Both the position numbers and the translations under genes were made by a program. Positions 8,401 through 19,774 of a stretch of 64,000 nt of DNA are shown here, piece after piece. Origin of the DNA: Bigelowiella natans CCMP2755 (lineage: Eukaryota; Protista; Cercozoa); contig ADNK01000096.1 in NCBI GenBank assembly GCA_000320545.1, positions 130,274 to 194,273 of the forward strand, written 5' to 3'. How positions within the stretch are numbered: position 1 is the first letter of the stretch; each line of letters begins with the position of its first letter. A model generated the notes under the pieces. It searched no databases. It saw only the letters and a list, made by a program, of their open reading frames with translations, and was not told where the DNA came from.

Positions 8401-10430
8401 TCCAGTAGCTCCGTTATCTGTCGGATGGTCTTGCCGGGGTTCTTCTTCCGTAGCTCGGTAGGTGTAGGTAGCTTGTTGTCCGCTAGGTCCATAAACTCTA
8501 ACGCATTAACGCTTGACTCAGAGGTCCACTCGTCAAGCCGTATCATGTTCTGGCTGATGGTCCTGCCTGACTTCTTTGGCAACTTAGCAAAGTATATCTT
8601 GTGATTGTAGAATGATATGATCCCCCCTAATTTTTCTAGGGCATCCTGTCCGAGGAGTAGTTCCATGGATAAAGTCATGGCTACTCGGGTCTTGATTTGG
8701 GTCTCCGCGTCGCTGCCAGGTATCTGTAGCTTTAGCATTAGCTCACCGACGGTCTTCATGGAAGAGCTTCCGTCTGCTTGAGCATATTTACGTTCTTTCT
8801 TAGTCACTTGATCCAATAGTCCTAACCTTCTTACTGTGCTTAGGCTTATGAAGGACTTCGGCATGCTGCCACTATCCCAAAGGGCAGGTAGTTTCTTGTA
8901 GTCTCCGTAGCTGTCTTTAACTTTAACCTTGGTCATAGCAACTTTGATAGTCCTGTTAGCGTCTTCGTCATTAATGTTGCATACTCCTAAGTTCTTTATG
9001 TCGTCTAGGGTCATGGGCTTGTCTTGGTCCTGCGTTGCTGGTACTGCTGTCTTCGTCGGCGCCTGCTTAAGGTGATCTAATATTCCGTTTATCTGCTGCT
9101 GTATAGCATTGATACTGTTCTGCTTTTTGTTCTTATATTTATTGTTCTTCCCGTTGTTGCTGCCTTGCCATTTGCTGTTGTTATATCCTTGTCCTCTGCC
9201 TTTCTTTCTCTTTAACTTCTCGTAGTGTTCGTTGAGCTGCCTGATCGTCATCCTGGGTCGTCCTTCTTTCCTGTCTCTGCAGTCTTTAGCGGTGTGTTTC
9301 CCTTTACGTGAGCAGTATCCGCAACGTCGGTTACCTTCCCTGTCCTTGTACCAGTCTCGCTGCGGCTTAATAGCGTTAATGTTTCCTATGCCAGGTACCT
9401 TAGGGCTGGTAAACTTGCGGTCCTGCTCCTGCTCGCGTAGGGATATAGCCTGCACTGCTGCCTCCATCGTGGTGTAGCCTTTCTCCGTAACGTAAGTGGA
9501 TTCCTTTATCTTTAACTTGAACTCTTCAAACCTTGCCTGATCATCACCTGTGTTGTAATTAAAATCATGTAGTTCGTCGATCATATCCTGGAAGCGCGTG
9601 GCAAAGTCTCTAACAGGTTCTCTCTCATGCTGCATCATTGCTCTGTATTTTCTAATAGCCTGGGGTAGGGAGTTAGCATCCTGTTCATTTACAAAAGCCT
9701 TCATTATCGCCTCAACGTCTCGTAGCCCACTAACTGTAGTGTGTATTTTCTCTAGCTGCCTGATCCGGGTCCTGCCTGTCTCGTAAAGGTCCATGGCTTG
9801 CTTTATTATAGCTAGCCATTTGAGCTTGTCGTTTTCGGTGGGGTTAGGGGTAAAGTCGCAGAGTATACTCCTAGCGTTCTTCCACCACCTCCTTGCCTCA
9901 CCTCTTTTCCCGTTGTATTTCGTTATCATAACCGGTGCTGTTTTAACAGACATGAACTGGGTGTTCCGCTGTACCGGCTGCTGCTGCTTGACGGTGCTCT
10001 GGGTCGTCCCCCGCGAGGCGCCCAGACCCCCGTCGTTCCTAAACAAAGCTGCCCACTCTGGAGGTAAGTCTGCTTCGTAATCCATGATGTCCTGCATGAT
10101 AGCTGCCCAAACATCATGTGTCTGATACTTGTATTCTATCGATACTTTCAGTTTGGCGTAGTTGCTCGCCCTGGGTCGCAAGGCTCGTAATGCCATTACG
10201 ACCTTCTTGCTTTCGGCGGCCACGTCCTCGTCGTCCGCCTCGTAGAAGTTCTCCAGTGCCTCTGCTGCAGCATCTGCTTTCTTAATCCCGGGTGCTGGTC
10301 CCGGCGGTGCCTGTGGAGGTGTTCTTCCTCCTTCCTTAGCGTCCGTATCGCCCTTCCTTTCCTGTTTCTGCTCGTGCCCTCGCACGGCCTGCGAGCCAAA
10401 GTCCTGCCGTTCTTCTAGCTGCTGTGACAT
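5457..10430 (-). CDS. Gag-Pol polyprotein, 1657 aa (zinc knuckle, aspartic protease, RT, RNase H, integrase, C-terminal Dam-like domain)
   Basis: CGYCSRKGKHTAKDC knuckle; ALWDSGS protease; LDKNESYMQ, FPYGL and YVDD of RT; LWTDWS and TDHKPL of RNase H; IVQIDV, LHVDNE and SNSKVER of integrase. No frameshift or stop. Confidence 0.96.
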   Translation of the reverse strand: MSQQLEERQDFGSQAVRGHEQKQERKGDTDAKEGGRTPPQAPPGPAPGIKKADAAAEALENFYEADDEDVAAESKKVVMALRALRPRASNYAKLKVSIEYKYQTHDVWAAIMQDIMDYEADLPPEWAALFRNDGGLGASRGTTQSTVKQQQPVQRNTQFMSVKTAPVMITKYNGKRGEARRWWKNARSILCDFTPNPTENDKLKWLAIIKQAMDLYETGRTRIRQLEKIHTTVSGLRDVEAIMKAFVNEQDANSLPQAIRKYRAMMQHEREPVRDFATRFQDMIDELHDFNYNTGDDQARFEEFKLKIKESTYVTEKGYTTMEAAVQAISLREQEQDRKFTSPKVPGIGNINAIKPQRDWYKDREGNRRCGYCSRKGKHTAKDCRDRKEGRPRMTIRQLNEHYEKLKRKKGRGQGYNNSKWQGSNNGKNNKYKNKKQNSINAIQQQINGILDHLKQAPTKTAVPATQDQDKPMTLDDIKNLGVCNINDEDANRTIKVAMTKVKVKDSYGDYKKLPALWDSGSMPKSFISLSTVRRLGLLDQVTKKERKYAQADGSSSMKTVGELMLKLQIPGSDAETQIKTRVAMTLSMELLLGQDALEKLGGIISFYNHKIYFAKLPKKSGRTISQNMIRLDEWTSESSVNALEFMDLADNKLPTPTELRKKNPGKTIRQITELLDKTPPADDWDIDKGKKYINKILNEKYSDITKPTTKPSSKLTPVKIELKKGYEECIINDPEHRRPEADWEKIEWQINEWAKEGKIEPSNSPWNVRHVLAKKPTYPFFRLAHNFIRHNRVIKRIQTPTPRIDDVIEHVIGYKYYSSLDKNESYMQTPIHKTSRPITAFSSRHRKWHFVVFPYGLSISGDAFSSQNYRAYTHDGMASVLWVFVFVYVDDDIICTNTVVAQIFLLENIFIRFAHFGFTIRLQKCTFLATRIKWCGYYLEQGRITPNPEKVAALQQAPKPKNAKELKSFLQTAAWILRRFSPTYARTAAAFTTAYRKENSVGLSFAKVWAKAGLDAHFDNLIKLCSNTLLNAKLDTTRPATLWTDWSKLGMAAVLTQDQQIIRVWGRACTAAEAKYSPTKGEYKAMTEAQRKLRYYLLSVPSFTLMTDHKPLLGIDRKLEAPNDEYAAMRADTEEFRDKRTVVYAPGDKQLADYFSRLFEKKVPTQVTPMVNAITFEDGDFLPEPEELQHLQEHLDKYKHKHEVLSDRIYVYTNNVRRTYVPRRTRGALLFTAHGPAHVGENHITALLYHYYWPYKLKEIRTYLRGCRCSSLKAAGVATKESSKSRASKKIKARNFLDIVQIDVYKYDGYHYLTFVDVATGKCWVKKIIKVNVAKKNKGLYKQRLTNCYRTWESELQAIPDEVSINKIPKKLHVDNETSLLQLPHPNIDASPVYYAQSNSKVERLHRTLANLSRINSTTPDKIQGLVNDTFTSGGGIKDKEREEGDDNDDDTESEDEKVPYDGRVLKEGQYVRAKVNLRSRNKQDPFWGGVAKVTERKGRKQYYIYDGNRVTLRHISHLKNYDIGEKLLEDVKVNPTVWERAMPCLGPRPKFDVEYGNNKVRVNDDWRMKIVYLGYPGLRNMERVAMKIKDGKYQLLYLAVPDLPFEHWYKVLGDLDAEGWYGHEPKDEGEFWVSDKGDKVREESITWWLVKFRKR

Positions 10431-10446
10431 TGTTAGTCAAATCGTT

Positions 10447-10464
10447 TCCCGTGTGTGGAAGCCA
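10447..10464 (-). promoter_or_regulatory. Primer-binding site (TGGCTTCCACACACGGGA)
   Basis: Begins TGG, 5 nt downstream of the 5' LTR; complementary to a tRNA-like 3' end TCCCGTGTGTGGAAG-CCA. Confidence 0.8.
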
Positions 10465-10469
10465 AAGGT

Positions 10470-10794
10470 TGTTGCGCGTAAGGTGTTCACAGGCCGAGGC
10501 GCTACGTGCACAAGTAGGCAGGGGGGGGGAAAGGCACGTTTGCTTCCTTTTGAGAGTTGTGTTTATTTTTATTAAAGATTATATTTTTATTAAATCGTGC
10601 ACTGCGTAATCATTCGCGAAGCTTTCGCGAATGCCGCCGCACGTGGGGCAGCACACTTCCGGTGTGCTGCCATGAGTCCCGCCGGAACCCACGTGCCTAT
10701 GCTGTATTAATATCTACGTTATCTATATTCTATATCCGCGACAACCCCTTTGTTGTCGCACGTGACTTGTGCCCGCGTAGTGGTACGCGCTACA
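10470..10794 (-). repeat. 5' LTR of copy 1 (325 bp)
   Basis: Direct repeat of 5080-5405 and 61397-61722. Confidence 0.97.
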
Positions 10795-11442
10795 AAGCCT
10801 GGCGAACTCCAACCTGACAAGGCTGGCAAGTCAATGAATTTCAATTCTGACATCCAAGGCCAGGGCTGAAACAATCAACAGAAGTTGTCGGTGCGGTGGC
10901 TTTGAGTTTGGGACAAACCTGTCTGACAAGTGTCCCTGCGTGACCACGTACAAGATGCAAGGGACCCCATCTGGAGCATCCGGCGCCTCAGGTGAGCGAG
11001 AGATGATTGACGCAGCGCCACATTGGCACAATGTGTCATTGTTTTTGCACAGTGGGAGGTCCAGATTGAACTATGTGACGGCACTAGCTGTGGGAGTGTG
11101 CATGACTGTGGACAGACTAGCAGATCGATCTGCAACGCATGTGCACATGCACGTTGTGTCCATTGCAATGTGCAGAAGAATGCCAATCCGACGGTTAGCG
11201 ACACAAAGTGTATGCAACAGTCTAGCAGCAGCAGTCCCAAGTGTGTGTCATTTGCAGTAACCCATCATCGTATAAGTGGATGCGAGCTTCATGCATGCAC
11301 ATGCTGTGTTCAGAGTCGTGTTCATTTAATTGACACAAAACCAAAGAGTTTACATGAGCGAACACCAAGGAGCAAGCAACATCACAAAAACCAAAACTCT
11401 CATGGTCGCGGCTTCCAATTTTACCGCCCCCATTTCTTCACA

Positions 11443-12649
11443 CTAGGCGAGTTTGCTGGTGGCGAAATCGCGAGCGCTCTGCTGGAGGCCCTCCAGATCA
11501 TCGCAAGTTGTAGCTCGCGCCTGTGCTGAATTCGGTTTGCCGCCACCTTTCCCGCCCCATTTTGCAAGTGCAGCAGCATTCCATTCACTCGCAATGAGGC
11601 CTGCCTCGACCTAGTTAAATAGAAAACGGTGTCACACCACACAGTATCTCTACCAATCGGTAGGAGAAGCCTGTGCTCTCTTCGAGACAATATCGTCTAA
11701 CCTGCTGCTTCGGTATCCAGCTTACGCAAAGCACAGCGCCTTGAGATCCTTTGTCGAACATAAGCAGGTATTAATCTTCTGATAGGATACTACTAACAAA
11801 ACACAGCTATTGTTGAGAGATGAGTGATAAATACTACCGGGCTCCTCTTCTGAGACTGCCATGAAGGGCAATTCAGGATATTCCTTGCTCACGGCATTGA
11901 TCACTTTGTTGATGAGCTTAGCGTCCAGGCCCAGAGATATGACATGCACGAGGGATTTGGCTCCTTCAGATATCTGGTCAAAACTGTATATTTCAGCACT
12001 ACCGAAAAAAATTATGAAGAAAATGAAGTAGAAGAGTATATAAATCGGGGCAAGCTGGGTGTGATCCATAGCAAATGTAGTGCTTCAGACCGCTTGCTGA
12101 GCTGCTTCTTTCGCGCTTTGTATTCGCACATCCGTCAATGCTGCCATCTCCTTCTTCTTCTTTTCCATGACTTTCTTCCCCACAGCAGTGAGCTCATCCC
12201 TCAATACAGGCTTCAAACCAGCGGAGATCCCCGAGGCGTCGACCTGGAGGAAAGTTCAAGAATGAAGCGACAACGTCGACGACGACAACGACGATCGATG
12301 CAAGGACTGCTTACAAAGAAATTCGTAAAGAATCAAAGCAGCAAGCAAGTAATCATCGTTACGAAGCAGTAGCTTACCTCTTCCCGAAGAGGTCCGAGCA
12401 ATGGGGCAGCTTCTGATAGCGCTGCATTGGTAAGAGACCGGACGCGGGAGGCCAGCTCAGCTCCTTTTCTCTCGGCTGAAGCAGCAGCGCCCCTTGTGAC
12501 AGCCACCATTCTGCGAACACCCTTCGGGTTGTTGAAGCAGGAAAAAATAAAGAAAGCACGCGGCGTGAAAAGCTGTGCACAATCATCTTCGCCCCAACAA
12601 TCGCATCTTTGTTCTTTGCCACCACCAAGACAGGGGGGAGAGAGAAAGA

Positions 12650-12708
<59 letters not shown>

Positions 12709-13158
12709 AGCCGCTTTAACTTACTTAATCACACAGATGGCATATAGTACCATTATTTTTACTACTGAACTACTTTGGCGATAGCCGTCTCTTCCGTTAT
12801 CACAAAGCTCTCTGCTTCAGCAGTGTTCATTACGTGCGTGCCTGCAGGTTACAGAGATACATTATTTTTCATTCGGGGTGTGGTCGATGAGCTCAATCAT
12901 GATGCGAGATAGTGAAAAATGCAGCGGCTATGTAGTAGGTTGTTAGTGGTTACTGTTGTCATTCCTTTCATGGTAATCGCAGTAATTAGGAAGATAGTTT
13001 TCCCTTCAAATCGTACCTCCACACAACTCCACGCTGTACCCTCCCCATTTTTCTTCGCTAGGTGCTGACTGCATATCCAACACCTGGGGGTAGCGAACAT
13101 GCAACGGGTGAGGAGGAAGAAGAAGACGTGGTAATGGCGCCGGGGCAGTTCCAAAAAG

Positions 13159-13205
<47 letters not shown>

Positions 13206-14117
13206 AAGAGGGAGAGGGGGGGGGGAGGGGAATGAAAGTGGAACACGCTTCAAATACGACCACCGCAATTCATTCGCACAATCAGCACTACTGTCGCTAT
13301 GACACCCCGCCCGCTTGTCCTCCCTTAATATGAACCGCTGATACAACAGTGGCCTTTCTTGTTCTTGAGTTGTTTACCTTGGCTCCTACGCTAACGACGC
13401 GCACGGGGTCAGGATATGCCTCACCGAACACAGCTCGTAGGCTGCTTATGGCCTGCGCTTCTTTCAGCGGAATAACACTGGTATCGACCTTGTAGTAGTA
13501 GTAGCAGTAGTAATAGTAGTAGTAGTAGTAGTAAGGCACAGTGAAGACAGATGAGCAGGCCGATAATGACAACGATAGATCGCCGAGGATGAACTAACTG
13601 CTTGTGTTTTCCCCGGAAACAACCGACCGCTCGATTGATTTGTTTCACGGCAGTTTGGCGATGTCGCGAGGACCGCGCATCATCTCTTTTTGTGCTTAAA
13701 AAAGACACCGTACATATCGCCTCTCGTGGCTGTTCTTTTTGGTTCGCTCTTTGAATACTACCGGCATGGCGTTTTCGATCACAGCCCTTACTGTGTCTTC
13801 AACCTGCCATTTATGAGATCAGATGAGCATATTGATTGTGGTGGTACGTGATGATAGTGGCGGGAAGGAGGAGGAGGAGGGTGGCATTATGATATAAGCC
13901 AGGGAGACATTCTGGGTATACAACGATCAATCATAATTCTCAAAGGAAACTACTAAAAGCTCCTGCAAGTTTCTGCGATGACACCTACCTCCTTTATCTC
14001 CGATGCGGTGAGAGCTTTTTTGTACGAAAAATCGAACCTCAGCTTCTTGTCATCCACAAGCGATCCTGTGCGTATGGTAGTGGTAACGTTGTCTTGCGAT
14101 TAGCAAACGCACACACA

Positions 14118-14168
<51 letters not shown>

Positions 14169-14312
14169 GAGAGAAGGGGGGGGATGGGGTCACCTCTTTG
14201 GTCAATTTCTGGCCCGAGAACCTTCCTCAGCGCATAGTTTAGCACGTGTGTCATCGTGTGATTTGGAGCGACGTCTCGCCGTCTCTCGTAGTCGACTTTA
14301 CAAGTAGCCTTT

Positions 14313-14344
<32 letters not shown>

Positions 14345-14718
14345 TGCGCGTGCATTTTTTAGGTACAACGAAGAAAAAGGCAGCAAAGAAAGCGAACACG
14401 CAGCAACAAAACGCATGAAATCAAGACAGAGAGAAGAAGAATGATGATCGACCGGACGCGCGGAGTTGCGTTGCACACAAAATCACACGGTCGACTACTA
14501 CAAACAACTCATCCTCACTCGCTTCTATTCGCTAGGACCTTGTCTCCTACGGTGATGGGGCCTTCGCCAGCAGCTGACGATGATACCACCCCGATGTGCA
14601 CGATATATCCTGCGAAAACCTGTACGTCGTATACTCGGAAAACGTTACCTGCCGACACACAACATCAATGACAGCATAAGGTATCATCAAGTTGCTGCAT
14701 CTATACGTGATTGAGTGA

Positions 14719-14759
<41 letters not shown>

Positions 14760-17558
14760 AGAGAGGGGAGGGGGCGGGGATGGGGGAGATTTTGTTGTGT
14801 CTGTCGTTTGTGCTGCTGAGCCAGAAAAAAGAAACGAAGGGGGGGTAAGAAAAAGGATGGCGGTATTTACCATTTCCTAGGTCGATTTCTCCGCTATCTG
14901 CCACCTGAGGAAGTAAGTTTTTGTGTAACAACCATTCCACGACAACGGACAAACGTTATGAGGGATAGTAGGGGAAAGAGGGCGCACAGGAAGATTGATA
15001 AAAGGGGGGGTAGAGGGGTCAGGTCAGTGCCTTCATGCAAAGTTTTGGTGCCAACGTGGGTTTACCTGCCCCCCTGCCTCAGCATAGAAAGGAGATTTCT
15101 CTAAGATCAATCCAACAGAACGATCTTTGGCCCCAGAATCAGCAGCCGTGGTGTCAATGGTATCAACAAACGCCTTGTCTTGCGGGTCAAATATGGCCAG
15201 GACGCGCGTGTCGACCTCGGCATCCCATTCATACTTCGTGCTGTAGTATTGAGAAGACGGTTAAACGATAGAATCAGTTAATGTGCAGTAGTAGTACTGA
15301 TACCGGTCTTAGCTAGCAGACCCATTTCCCCGACGACTTCCAATAATACCACTTCTACGTCTCCAGCTTCTTCCAATACCTTCCCCCCCCCCCCCCCCCC
15401 TCCCTTACTAGCCTCTCCTCTTCTTCTCTATATATTATCACAAAGCAAACCTGTCGTCGGTGACCCTTGACATCTAAATATTGTGTGAGGAGATACTTGA
15501 GTGTGCTGGTGGGATATAATGTGGCGATGATGATGATGATGATCATGATGATGATGATGGTGGTGGGGTGAATAGGAATGTGAGAGTAAGATGAACCCTC
15601 TCACCGTGATTCTTCAGCCATGCTGTTTGCTCTGCCTGAAGCTCTATCGGAGCACCCCCTCCAAGCGCTAGGAATAATTTGGGGGAAAATACTAGGCATC
15701 AAGAACGGCTACACACAAGGCAAACATTTGACCGAGTATCATCACCAGCACCACCACCGGCACCCCAAACGCGCAATCATTACCTGCCATCTTCTGTCGT
15801 GCAAGCGCATCACGAGACATCTGTTTCTGCCTCTGCATTTCAGTAGAGAAGCCTTCCACATCCACCGCCAGTCCCTTCTCAGCAGCCTTCAGAGAGGGAG
15901 ATAAAATGGGTAAGGGTGGGGGGGGGGGGGGGGAAAGATTGAATCTGGTAAAGGCAGATCTAATTAGAAATACATAAAAGGTCAACGGCTGAGCGGCCTT
16001 GCTAGCTATCGTCTCACCATGAGCTGCGTGAGATCTAGAGGGAAGCCAAAGGGGGACCCAGCGGTGTCTATAACTCCGTTCCTGGTATAGTACCTTCAAT
16101 AGTTGTTCAACAACACACAGCCACCACCACAGACTCGTCATCTCTACGCATCCTCCTCCCTGCCGTGTGTGCGTGCGTGCGAGCGCATACAAGCCTTGCG
16201 GGTAACTGTGGGGAAAAGGCTTTCAAGGACGCGTTTGGGGGGTAGGAGAGATGGTGGGGGGTAGAGATTGCAGTGCAATACGACTTTCTTCGCGCTGCTT
16301 CAGCTTGAGCTCAAGATCGTTTAAGTATCGAACCTATCAGTTATTATGTTCAGTGGACGACGGTATTGAGGCGAGGAGGCGTCATCTCCCACAGGGAAAT
16401 GGCGTATCACTCTCTATCAATCATCATCATCGTCATCATCATCATCATCATCATCGTCATCACCACGAGCATCACTGTCTTCACCAGCATCGGCATCTAT
16501 CCGACGAAAGATCATAATCAGCATCATAGGGGCGACTAGCTACCACCTACCCCTCTGTCAAGCATTGAGGAGAAAGCTTTGTCCTCCTCCTCGAGAACCT
16601 CCTGCACTAGCTGCGATTTCTCCACAATCTCCGGATAAGCCTTTCCGTATGTTTCGCTCATAACGGGAACGAGCCTGGAGTGCAGAATGTGATCGCGGTA
16701 GCAGCAGCACAAATCGAAACAGACATCAACGCATTGCCGGCAATGTTCAAGAGGGCAATGGGGCGGCTTTAGGGAAGTAGCTATACAAATGGTAGGCAGC
16801 AGGCTGTAGGAATGACAGTGTTTACTGTGTTCGCTTTCACCCTCCTCCCCTCTCTTCATGCTTTTCTTTTTAACCGAGAAATGGGAGGTCATTTATCAGC
16901 ATGGTAGAAGACTAGAGAGCGTGGTTTTGATTCATTTATTACTTTGAGAAGAAGCCCTTTTCAGCACCTAAGATCTGTTGACCTGAGCAGAAATTAACAC
17001 ATGTTATAGTGTCTAAGTTGTGAGTCGCTCCTTCACTATTCTCTCCCCCCCTCTCCCCAACGCTGGAGTACAGGAACACACCGTATCGGATGGCTCGCCT
17101 CAAGATCCTTCTCAGCACGTATCCCCTCCCCTCATTCGAGGGCCGAGCTCTGCATCATAGAAGGCCATTATTAGAGCAGACGCACAAAGGAAAGGTGGGG
17201 CGATACAACGAAGGGAGAGCAATCCTGCCGTGATGCTCCGCCTCCCCCTCCTCCTCCTCATCATCATCATCATCGTGATCGTCACTATCAAGGGCGGTGG
17301 TATGGTAGCATGCTTGCAGTAGCAGCAGTAGTAATGTAGTAGTGTGCTGTACAACCCGTCTGCGATGGCAAAGCTGAGCGTTCTCAGGTGGTCAACAACG
17401 ATTCGATACGCCGTGTCGCGAAGGACGCCATCCTCCTTCGCCTCCCCCCCACCTTCAACCAATCCTTCGTACTTCCCCGTGTTAGATGCTGCGTGCGTAG
17501 CGTCGAGCAGCGGCGCGAATCTGAGAAGAACATGCGAGTAGAACACTCCTCAGTGCGC

Positions 17559-17597
<39 letters not shown>

Positions 17598-17792
17598 GGA
17601 GAGAGAGAGAAAGAGAGAGGGAGAGAGAGAATCTTACGCGTCGATGTCGTAGTTGGACGACTTGTCCTGCAGAATGGACACGAGTCTCTCGAGACCCATA
17701 CCTATGTGCGAAAGGCGGTACAAAACAAAGGTGAGGATAATCTGCCCCGTTGAAATTATTGTTGGTATGAAGACCATTTTATATAATTATAT

Positions 17793-17860
<68 letters not shown>

Positions 17861-18045
17861 ATACATGTCCACCCTATGCAAACAATACACAATGGCGCCG
17901 AAAAATATTCCGTCGAGGCTCTTCAGCAACGATGACATATTAGCCCTGCGCACCTCCCCATCCCCCTACACACACAACCACCTTACCCGTATCAATATGC
18001 TGCGAAGGAAGGGGCCGCAACTCACCTGATGCCTCCCTGAGACGC

Positions 18046-18084
<39 letters not shown>

Positions 18085-18977
18085 GCAATCACGCAAGCAC
18101 ACATGTACATGAACCAACAGAGCTCTGACTCGTGCTGCAGCTACAAATGGACGTGTGGCCGCTGCTTGCCGGTGTTACGATGGCACTGCGATCCTCACCA
18201 GTTGTTATTGTCCTTGTCGTCGTCGTTGTTGTTCTTCTTCTTCTTCTTGTTGTTGTTGTCAATCACACGAGCACCGCGTAGCATCACTCTACTACTACTA
18301 CCACTACTACTGCTACTACTACTACTACTGCTGCTGCTGCTACTACTACTACCGATTGTATTGAATGAACACCAAGTTCCATATCTCAATCACGTCGGGG
18401 TCGTCCATGTTGACAAGAGACGCGGCGTCACGCCCGCCGATCTGCAAATAACAATGCCACACATTCCGGTCAAATTCTGGCCACGCTCCCACGCGATCTA
18501 CAGCATGAGCGCACAAGCGCACATACACGGTCATAATGAAGCTCTGAGCAAGGTCCACAGGGCCCTGAGGAGGAGGAGGAGGAGGAGGAGGAGGAGGAGG
18601 AGAAAGGAAGGAAATGGAAAATAATGGTTGATTCGTTAGAAAGAAGCCAACGATTACGGGGTTTGGGCCTCCTAATCCCGCCCCCCCCCCCCCCTCTATG
18701 CACTAAAAAGTGGAATGGTAAGTCTCAGCTACTGATGATACACTGCTGCCTGCTTAGCAACTCATATAAGAGTCCTGCTCCGTCTTCTTCTTCGTCAACT
18801 GCTACTACTGCTACTACTGCTAGAACTGCTACTGGTGCTACCAACCCTGGTCTCCCATCTCCCAGAAGTTGTCCTTCTTTCCAAACGGAATCACACGCGA
18901 TTCGGGGAGAAACCTTATATTATCATCACACCACACACACGAAAATGCCCCTCATTCACAGAACCCGAGTCTTTGTC

Positions 18978-19019
<42 letters not shown>

Positions 19020-19723
19020 CCCTATTCCTAGTATGTGGTATTACTGCAGCCAGAAGTCCCTGGCTTCAGTATCGGGCTCTAGACCAAGCTCCGCATCCCC
19101 TCCGAAGTATGTTGCGTAGATCTGCGCGGTGGAACGGTTTATTTAGTGGGGGGGGATAGGGGGGAGGACAACTTATCATTATTAACATCGCGGGTGCCTA
19201 TTTCCCCTTCCCCCCGCCCCTGCCAAAGAAAGGTATATCCTGACATTTTCAGGCTTCAGCTTGTACACTTCAGTGAGTAATTCCCAGCTCCATGCAATGG
19301 CCTCTAATGATTGTCAACAGAATTAAGATATGAATGGGGTTGTTCGTGCTACGATAGTCGAATCTTATGCCAAATCATTCTAAATCGGAGAGCATATTAT
19401 ACAAAAATCAATGCTAAGACCAAGAAGAGCTTTACGTGGTAGATTTCTTGTTTCTTTTTTTTTTTGAATTTTGAGGACGTGTTGTGCTTTTCAGGTGTCC
19501 GAGCATGCTTGCAGGCGCTCGCCGTACCTTTCTTGAAGTAATCTCCAAACGACCACGAGCCCAGCATCTCAAAGAACGTGTGGTGGTAGGTGTCCTTCCC
19601 TGATGTGAAGCAAAATTTGATAATAAATTGAAGAAAGCATCGGCGCTAATCGAGCGAGGAAGCGATTGGCATTGCTGTCATTCGTACCAACATCCTCCAA
19701 GTCGTTGTGTTTTCCTCCTGAGA

Positions 19724-19774
<51 letters not shown>

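Larger units (their letters stand above)
5080..10794 (-). mobile_element. Complete Ty3/gypsy (Metaviridae-like) LTR retrotransposon, 5715 bp, copy 1
   Basis: Two 325/326-bp LTRs with TG...CA ends; 4-bp TSD AAGC (5076-5079 and 10795-10798); PBS; PPT; single gag-PR-RT-RH-IN ORF in gypsy domain order. Confidence 0.97.

Noticed and set aside
5080-10794. DIRS-type element, suggested by the Dam-like domain
   Set aside because: It has direct LTRs, a TSD, a protease, a DDE integrase, PBS and PPT, and no tyrosine recombinase, so it is gypsy-type.
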